Source: an uncultured Muriicola sp. (GTDB taxonomy: Bacteria > Bacteroidota > Bacteroidia > Flavobacteriales > Flavobacteriaceae). From it: DNA of 64,000 nucleotides. Below the pieces are notes generated by a model. That model worked only from the letters and a program-made list of their open reading frames with translations, was not told the DNA's origin and did not search any database. The translations under genes and the position numbers were made by a program. Numbering within the stretch: the first letter of the stretch is position 1; every line of letters begins with the position of its first letter. Of this stretch, positions 58,476-64,000 are shown piece after piece. The stretch is taken from the NCBI RefSeq assembly GCF_947258935.1, contig NZ_CAMYKH010000004.1, positions 6,101-70,100 on the forward strand. Direction: 5' to 3'.

Positions 58476-59921
58476 TTATCCTACAGAACCTTCCAGGCTT
58501 ATTTCCAGGAGTTTCTGAGCTTCCACGGCAAATTCCATGGGTAATTTATTGAGTACTTCTTTACTAAATCCGTTTACGATAAGAGCTATGGCCTTTTCTG
58601 TATCAATACCACGTTGGTTGCAATAAAAGATCTGGTCTTCCCCAATCTTACTTGTGGTGGCCTCATGCTCTATTTGAGCCGATTTGTTCTTTACTTCAAT
58701 GTAAGGAAATGTATGAGCCCCGCATTCGTTCCCCATTAGGAGTGAATCGCACTGAGAAAAGTTACGGGCGTTCTCTGCCCTGCTGTTAACTTGTACTAAT
58801 CCTCTATAGCTGTTTTGCGATTTCCCAGCAGAGATCCCTTTAGATATGATGGTACTCTTGGTATTCTTCCCTAAGTGTATCATCTTGGTACCGGTATCTG
58901 CCTGTTGGAAATTATTGGTTACGGCAATGGAGTAGAATTCTCCGATAGAATTATCCCCTTTAAGGATACAGGATGGGTATTTCCATGTAATGGCCGAACC
59001 AGTTTCCACCTGTGTCCAGGAGATCTTGGCATTGCGTTCACACATGCCTCTTTTGGTCACGAAATTGTAAACCCCTCCTTTTCCTTCTTTGTTTCCCGGG
59101 TACCAGTTTTGTACCGTAGAATATTTGATCTCAGCATCATCTAAAGCGATCAGCTCTACCACAGCTGCGTGCAATTGATTCTCATCTCTTGAAGGTGCTG
59201 TACAGCCCTCCAGGTAACTTACGTAACTGCCCTCATCTGCAATGACCAGGGTTCTTTCGAACTGCCCTGTACCCGCCTGATTGATCCTGAAATAGGTGGA
59301 AAGCTCCATGGGGCATCTTACCCCTTTTGGGATGTAGCAAAATGAACCGTCTGTAAATACCGCCGAGTTTAATGCAGCGTAAAAATTGTCCTTTGGAGGA
59401 ACAATAGACCCAATGTATTTCTTAACCAGCTCTGGGTGCTCCTTGATAGCTTCTGAAATAGGACAAAAAATAATTCCCTTTTCAGCCAGTGTTTTCTTAA
59501 AGGTGGTAGCCACAGAAACAGAATCCATAACAATATCTACCGCCACACCGGCTAATATTTTTTGTTCGTCTAATGAAATACCTAACTTCTTAAAAGTGTC
59601 CAATAATTCCGGATCTACCTGGTCCAGGCTTTCATATTTAGGTTTTTTATTAGGTGCAGAATAATAACTGATGTCCTGAAAATCGGGTTTTTTGTAGTGA
59701 ATGTTGGCCCACTCTGGTTCTGTCATTTCCTTCCACCCTTTGAATGCCTCTAACCTCCATAAGGTCATCCATTCTGGTTCTTCCTTCTTTTTGGAAAGGG
59801 CAATGACAACTTCCTCACTCAATCCCTTGGGAAAAGTGTCCGATTCAATATCTGTATAGAAACCATATTCGTATTCCTTGGTTTCCAGTTCTTTTTTTAA
59901 TTCTTCCTCTGTATATGCCAT
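58476..59921 (-). CDS. sufB: Fe-S cluster assembly scaffold SufB
   Basis: I prefer the ATG at 59921 ([11 protein letters not shown]). Conserved SufB core motifs are [21 protein letters not shown] and [13 protein letters not shown]. Confidence 0.95.
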   Translation of the reverse strand: MAYTEEELKKELETKEYEYGFYTDIESDTFPKGLSEEVVIALSKKKEEPEWMTLWRLEAFKGWKEMTEPEWANIHYKKPDFQDISYYSAPNKKPKYESLDQVDPELLDTFKKLGISLDEQKILAGVAVDIVMDSVSVATTFKKTLAEKGIIFCPISEAIKEHPELVKKYIGSIVPPKDNFYAALNSAVFTDGSFCYIPKGVRCPMELSTYFRINQAGTGQFERTLVIADEGSYVSYLEGCTAPSRDENQLHAAVVELIALDDAEIKYSTVQNWYPGNKEGKGGVYNFVTKRGMCERNAKISWTQVETGSAITWKYPSCILKGDNSIGEFYSIAVTNNFQQADTGTKMIHLGKNTKSTIISKGISAGKSQNSYRGLVQVNSRAENARNFSQCDSLLMGNECGAHTFPYIEVKNKSAQIEHEATTSKIGEDQIFYCNQRGIDTEKAIALIVNGFSKEVLNKLPMEFAVEAQKLLEISLEGSVG

Positions 59922-59938
59922 GTTCTGATTTCTGTGAT

Positions 59939-60268
59939 TTATAAAGAGAAACTTTCTCCACACCCGCAGGTGCGCTGTGCATTGGGGTTATTAAATACAA
60001 ATCCCTTGCCGTTAAGACCTCCGGAATATTCCAGGGTAGTTCCTACCAAATAAAGAAAACTCTTTTTGTCTACTATAATGCGCACGTCGTTGTCTTCAAA
60101 GACCTTATCTGTCTCGTTGATAAGATTGTCGAAATTCAGTTCATAAGACAATCCGCTGCAACCACCACTCTTCACGCCTACACGCACGTAATCTTTGCTA
60201 ACATCATAGCCTTCGTCAGCCATCAGGCTAGATACCCTCTTTTTAGCTGTTTCTGAAACTTTGATCAT
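59939..60268 (-). CDS. sufA: HesB/IscA/SufA-type Fe-S carrier
   Basis: The ATG at 60268 gives [17 protein letters not shown] and the C-terminal CGCGESF are cluster ligands. Confidence 0.9.
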   Translation of the reverse strand: MIKVSETAKKRVSSLMADEGYDVSKDYVRVGVKSGGCSGLSYELNFDNLINETDKVFEDNDVRIIVDKKSFLYLVGTTLEYSGGLNGKGFVFNNPNAQRTCGCGESFSL

Positions 60269-60296
60269 CTTAATTGGATTTATTCTAAATAGGTTA

Positions 60297-60304
60297 CAAA
60301 TATA
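60297..60304 (-). promoter_or_regulatory. Candidate -7 promoter element (TAnnTTTG) for the suf operon
   Basis: The minus strand reads TATATTTG, 29 nt upstream of the sufA ATG. Confidence 0.3.
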
Positions 60305-60431
60305 CATTAAAACTGGGGTATACAAATAGATGCTAACATTATAATAACATATGTGAGGATCAGATATTTCTATGCCCCAGATCAAGGAAAACTAGAAGGA
60401 AAGTCGATTTATTTAGAAGGGCAGTCCCTTT

Positions 60432-61775
60432 CTATTCAATTTTTATAAGGATAAGGTCTGTGCCTCCTTTATTTTCAAAAGCATTGAAGTCCGTGCTTTT
60501 ACTTTCCCCTACGAGTACTAGACCGCTATCACTGGTTTCAATAGCATCGAACCCAAATTCTAGGTCTGTTCCGCCTAGGGTCTTTTGCCATAAGATGGAC
60601 CCCTGAGCATCGATCTTGAGGAGCCACAAATCATTTTCTCCTGCATTAGCACTAAGATCCTGATCATTGCTTTTAGAATTGCCCGAAATAATATAGCCTC
60701 CGTCTAGTGTAGTACGTATACTTTCAGCTGCATCAAAAGCTGCGCCGCCATAGGTGTGTTCCCAAAGCAAGGCCCCTTGAGCATCGATCTTGATCACCCA
60801 AACATCCGATTCTCCATGGGAAGCACTAATATCACCATCTGTACTGATAGTACTGCCGGTGATGATATAACCCCCGTCTTCGGTTTTGGCAATATCCTGG
60901 GCTATATCTATGCCTGTTCCCCCATAGGAATGTTCCCATACTAGATCACCCTCATCCCCGATCTTTACCACCCAAAAATCATAGGATCCTCTTGCGTCAG
61001 AAATATCAAAGTCATCACTTTCGGAAAAACCGGCCATCACATACCCCTGGTCATGGGCGGTGACTACCGCATGGGCGCGGTCATTATTGGTTCCTCCAAA
61101 ATATTTTCGCCATTCTAATGTCCCCTGGGCATTGAGCTTGATACCCCAAAATTCTCCCACTCCATGCCTGGTAAGGGAATAGGATTTATCTGTGTACCCA
61201 TCGGCCTTGGCAGAAGTAATATCCAGAAAACCGGTAAAGAAAAGTCCACCATCTTTACTTTCAACAATATCGTACGAATGATCGTGCCCCGAAAAACCAA
61301 AGCTTTGTTCCCATTCAATTGTACCCTGACTATCTAATTTTAGAACCCAATTGTCATGGAAGCCTTCATTATTACTGCCATCTCCATCATCACTCATGGC
61401 ATATCCCGTGATGGCATAACCACCATCTGAGGTTTGGATAACAGCCTGACCTCTATCATCTTTGCTGCCTCCATAGGTCCTGGACCAAAGCAGTGTGCCT
61501 TCAGCATCTGTTTTTATTAACCAGTAATCATTGACATTGTTGGTCTTAGGTGCAAGGTCTCCATCAGTACTATCAGTAAAACCAAAGATGGCAAAGCCAC
61601 CGTCTGAAGTTTCAATAACCGAGCGTGGGGTATCATCCCCGGATCCTCCAAAGGAATGCATCCAGGCAACTTCTCCTTTAAAAGAGATAGTGTTTTCCAC
61701 AAGGACCAAAGTCCCTGAATCCCTGGTACAGGAGATCAGAATCAAAATGAGCAGTACAGCAATAGGTAGTTTCAT
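60432..61775 (-). CDS. Lipoprotein with seven tandem ~56-60-aa repeats (predicted 7-bladed beta-propeller)
   Basis: The ATG at 61775 gives MKLPIAVLLILILISC, a lipobox. Seven repeats follow the pattern W-x3-[FY]-GG-x-x-D-x8-T-x-DGG[YF]-x-x-[TS]G...D-x-W-[LV]-[IL]-K-[IL]-D-x-x-G. Confidence 0.7.
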   Translation of the reverse strand: MKLPIAVLLILILISCTRDSGTLVLVENTISFKGEVAWMHSFGGSGDDTPRSVIETSDGGFAIFGFTDSTDGDLAPKTNNVNDYWLIKTDAEGTLLWSRTYGGSKDDRGQAVIQTSDGGYAITGYAMSDDGDGSNNEGFHDNWVLKLDSQGTIEWEQSFGFSGHDHSYDIVESKDGGLFFTGFLDITSAKADGYTDKSYSLTRHGVGEFWGIKLNAQGTLEWRKYFGGTNNDRAHAVVTAHDQGYVMAGFSESDDFDISDARGSYDFWVVKIGDEGDLVWEHSYGGTGIDIAQDIAKTEDGGYIITGSTISTDGDISASHGESDVWVIKIDAQGALLWEHTYGGAAFDAAESIRTTLDGGYIISGNSKSNDQDLSANAGENDLWLLKIDAQGSILWQKTLGGTDLEFGFDAIETSDSGLVLVGESKSTDFNAFENKGGTDLILIKIE

Positions 61776-61782
61776 GGACAGA

Positions 61783-63063
61783 TCAATTAGATTTCTGAAC
61801 AATAAAAAGCCCCGAATTAATATCACTTAGTACGATCTTCCCGCTTTCAAAAAAGGGATAGACACTCCAAACACCGTTAAATGAAGCGCTGTTGTTGGAA
61901 GGAAAGCTGTCGAAAAAACCTGTTTCCATAATGTTCCCATTTGCGATATCGGAAATGTCCATAACGCGCACACCCGCAGTATAATTCGCCAGAAAGAAAT
62001 CGTTTCCTTTTACATATACATTGTGGTCAATGGCCGAAGTAGTTCCCAAATAGGTTGTATGTAAAACAGGATTATCCAGATCTAACATGTCGAACACCAG
62101 TGTTCTTGAATTAAATCCAAAATTAATCTCATCCAATTCATCTCCCAAAATAAAATAGCGCTGATCCTCGGTGAACCATCCCTGATGGGTATAGCCTAAA
62201 TTTCCATACTGTATCCCGGTAATGTTCGTGGGGTTTTGTTTATCTGTAATGTCTACGATAATTACCTGATTTTCATTGGCTCCAATATAGATCTCCGCCC
62301 CGGCATAATCAGCATCTGGTCCGCTGTATGAAACCACCTGGGCATCATGGGTATAGCCCGAATCACCGTAGCCGCCGGCTGCCATGGGATTTAACGGATC
62401 TTGGATGTCCATAAAATGCACCCCGCCATTATATATGTCACTCCTTGCTGTTCCTACGGCATAGGCAAAGCCCGTTGTTTCATTGATCACAATATTGTGT
62501 GAATTGCCAAATCCGGTATAACGGTTGTCTGCCAAAAAGGTTGTGGGAGCACCGGTAACGTTGAGCAAATTCTTAAGATCAAAGACTTGCATCCCATGGT
62601 CAGCAGCCTCAGAACCAATATAGGCATAGTCCTGATAGACCTTGATATCTCTCCAGGAGCTAGATACTGTGGCCGTGGGTAGTTTACCTAGATATATAAG
62701 CTCTTCTGTATCCGTGATCTCTACAAAAGCAGTTCCGTTATTTAACCCTATTAGCGCAAATTCACGGTTAGAAGCAACATCTGTCCATCCCCAAATATCA
62801 TTGGCCGCAGAAGCATTGAGATCATTGAGCGAGATCCTGCCCAATAGGTCGTAACCATCACATGGGTATACCCCTGCAAATCCATTTTCACACGGAACAA
62901 AATTACTTTCAGATCCACCGGGATTATCAATTGGCGGATCCACAATAGGATCCATCTCTACGGGATCAATATTGCCATCATCATTTATAATATTGGCATC
63001 ATCATTTTTAGCACATGCAAAAAACAATACCAATATGAAGAGAAAATATAAAGACTTTTTCAT
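61783..63063 (-). CDS. Lipoprotein, LVIVD-repeat / choice-of-anchor-B-like beta-propeller
   Basis: 426 aa. The lipobox is LVLFFACAKND. Motifs DIWGW, SWRDIKVY and GNSHNIVI are typical of this family, from memory. Confidence 0.7.
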   Translation of the reverse strand: MKKSLYFLFILVLFFACAKNDDANIINDDGNIDPVEMDPIVDPPIDNPGGSESNFVPCENGFAGVYPCDGYDLLGRISLNDLNASAANDIWGWTDVASNREFALIGLNNGTAFVEITDTEELIYLGKLPTATVSSSWRDIKVYQDYAYIGSEAADHGMQVFDLKNLLNVTGAPTTFLADNRYTGFGNSHNIVINETTGFAYAVGTARSDIYNGGVHFMDIQDPLNPMAAGGYGDSGYTHDAQVVSYSGPDADYAGAEIYIGANENQVIIVDITDKQNPTNITGIQYGNLGYTHQGWFTEDQRYFILGDELDEINFGFNSRTLVFDMLDLDNPVLHTTYLGTTSAIDHNVYVKGNDFFLANYTAGVRVMDISDIANGNIMETGFFDSFPSNNSASFNGVWSVYPFFESGKIVLSDINSGLFIVQKSN

Positions 63064-63140
63064 AGCATTAGAGGTTTGGGACCTTATAGTTTTTCAAAGT
63101 AAAGATACGATTAATTCAATATCCTCCTTACTTTTGCGGG

Positions 63141-64000
63141 ATGTTCGAAGAGAAAGATGCTAATAAAACAAGCCTGGAAAAGCTGGGTGAATTTGGTCTT
63201 ATTGACCATTTAACGGATCAATTTAAGATTACACAACCCTCTACCGTCAAAGGCATAGGCGATGATGCCGCCGTACTCCAATTCAAGGATAAAAAAGTGT
63301 TGATCTCAACTGATCAGCTAATAGAAGGGATACATTTCGACCTCAGCTATATGCCCCTCAAACACCTTGGGTACAAGGCTGTAGTAGTAAACCTCAGCGA
63401 TATTTATGCCATGAATGGAACTGCTACGCAAGTACTTGTCTCTATCGCCGTATCTAACCGTTTTCCACTGGAAGCCCTGGAAGAATTATACGCCGGAATA
63501 CAATTGGCATGCGACCTTTACAAGGTAGACCTTGTAGGGGGAGACACTACCTCTTCAGAAAAAGGCCTGTATTTGTCCATAACAGCGGTTGGTGAGGTTG
63601 AAAAAGGAAAAGAAGTATACAGAAGTGGCGGTAAGCCCAATGACCTTTTGGTAGTAAGTGGTGATCTGGGCGGGGCTTATATGGGGCTACAGGTGCTACA
63701 GCGAGAGAAAGAGGTTTTTAAAGTGAATCCAAACAATCAACCAGATCTGGCACCCTACAGTTATATCGTAGAACGGCAACTAAAACCCGAGGCGCGAAAA
63801 GATATTATTACCCTGCTAAAAGAACTGGAAGTGAATCCTACTTCTATGATAGATATTAGCGACGGACTATCTTCTGAGATCTTGCACCTCTGTTCTAAAA
63901 GTAAGGTTGGTTGTATGCTGTATGAGGAAAAGATCCCATTAGATCCAACGGTTATTTCGGCCTGTGAAGAATTTAATTTAGACAGTACCACGGTAGCGCT
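63141..64000 (+). CDS. thiL: Thiamine-monophosphate kinase. The C-terminus is cut by the window edge.
   Basis: My translation from the ATG at 63141 gives MFEEKDANKTSLEKLGEFGLIDHL...GIGDDAAVL...NLSDIYAMNG...GGDTTSS. These are AIR-synthase-like ThiL motifs. Confidence 0.9.
   Translation, partial: MFEEKDANKTSLEKLGEFGLIDHLTDQFKITQPSTVKGIGDDAAVLQFKDKKVLISTDQLIEGIHFDLSYMPLKHLGYKAVVVNLSDIYAMNGTATQVLVSIAVSNRFPLEALEELYAGIQLACDLYKVDLVGGDTTSSEKGLYLSITAVGEVEKGKEVYRSGGKPNDLLVVSGDLGGAYMGLQVLQREKEVFKVNPNNQPDLAPYSYIVERQLKPEARKDIITLLKELEVNPTSMIDISDGLSSEILHLCSKSKVGCMLYEEKIPLDPTVISACEEFNLDSTTVA

Noticed and set aside
1-64000. Search for a CBASS cyclase, Cap2/Cap3, other known defence genes, integrases, transposases, tRNAs, rRNAs or CRISPR repeats anywhere in the window
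   Set aside because: Every ORF of 60 aa or more was read and none shows CD-NTase, GGDEF, E1/E2/JAB, integrase or transposase motifs. No tRNA-like T-arm motifs, repeat-spacer arrays or terminal inverted repeats were noticed by eye.

Overview
This 64-kb window looks like core chromosome from a marine Flavobacteriia-type Bacteroidota. The basis is AT-rich DNA, TAnnTTTG-like promoter motifs, many TAT or lipoprotein signal peptides, and typical flavobacterial DUF families. I support about 60 protein-coding genes and saw no rRNA, tRNA, CRISPR array, transposase or integrase. The main blocks, in order, are listed below.
- Periplasmic (TAT-exported) sugar-oxidation cluster: TIM-barrel isomerases, a GMC oxidoreductase and its small subunit.
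- Class Ia ribonucleotide reductase nrdBA.
- Mixed housekeeping genes: S41 protease, dCMP deaminase, DjlA-like protein, bacilliredoxin, plsC, and a Gfo/Idh/MocA oxidoreductase.
- An orphan histidine kinase followed by an enoyl-CoA hydratase.
- Two tandem ~1045-aa BNR/sortilin-like paralogs, the second coupled to hemJ.
- hemH coupled to a MATE transporter, then mscS.
- An AraC regulator divergent from a tightly overlapping heme operon: hemA-hemC-hemD-hemE-orf-hemF-phzF-hemB. It continues co-directionally into a serine hydrolase, a CNNM protein and ogt.
- hflX, then a complete suf operon: sufA-B-C-D-S-E, DUF59, a PspC-domain gene and DUF2480.
- Two lipoprotein beta-propeller-type genes and the start of thiL.

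The stand-out is 35502..36173. It encodes a 223-aa protein with an N-terminal transmembrane helix and a C-terminal domain that I can align by eye along its whole length to the STING cyclic-dinucleotide-binding domain. Known bacterial STING effectors sit beside a CD-NTase, but no nucleotide cyclase is visible anywhere in this window. The gene appears AT-richer than its flanks. It follows a 292-bp structured non-coding gap and lies 10 nt upstream of a secreted DUF1460 amidase-fold gene. All functional calls come from motif recognition by eye; no searches were run.
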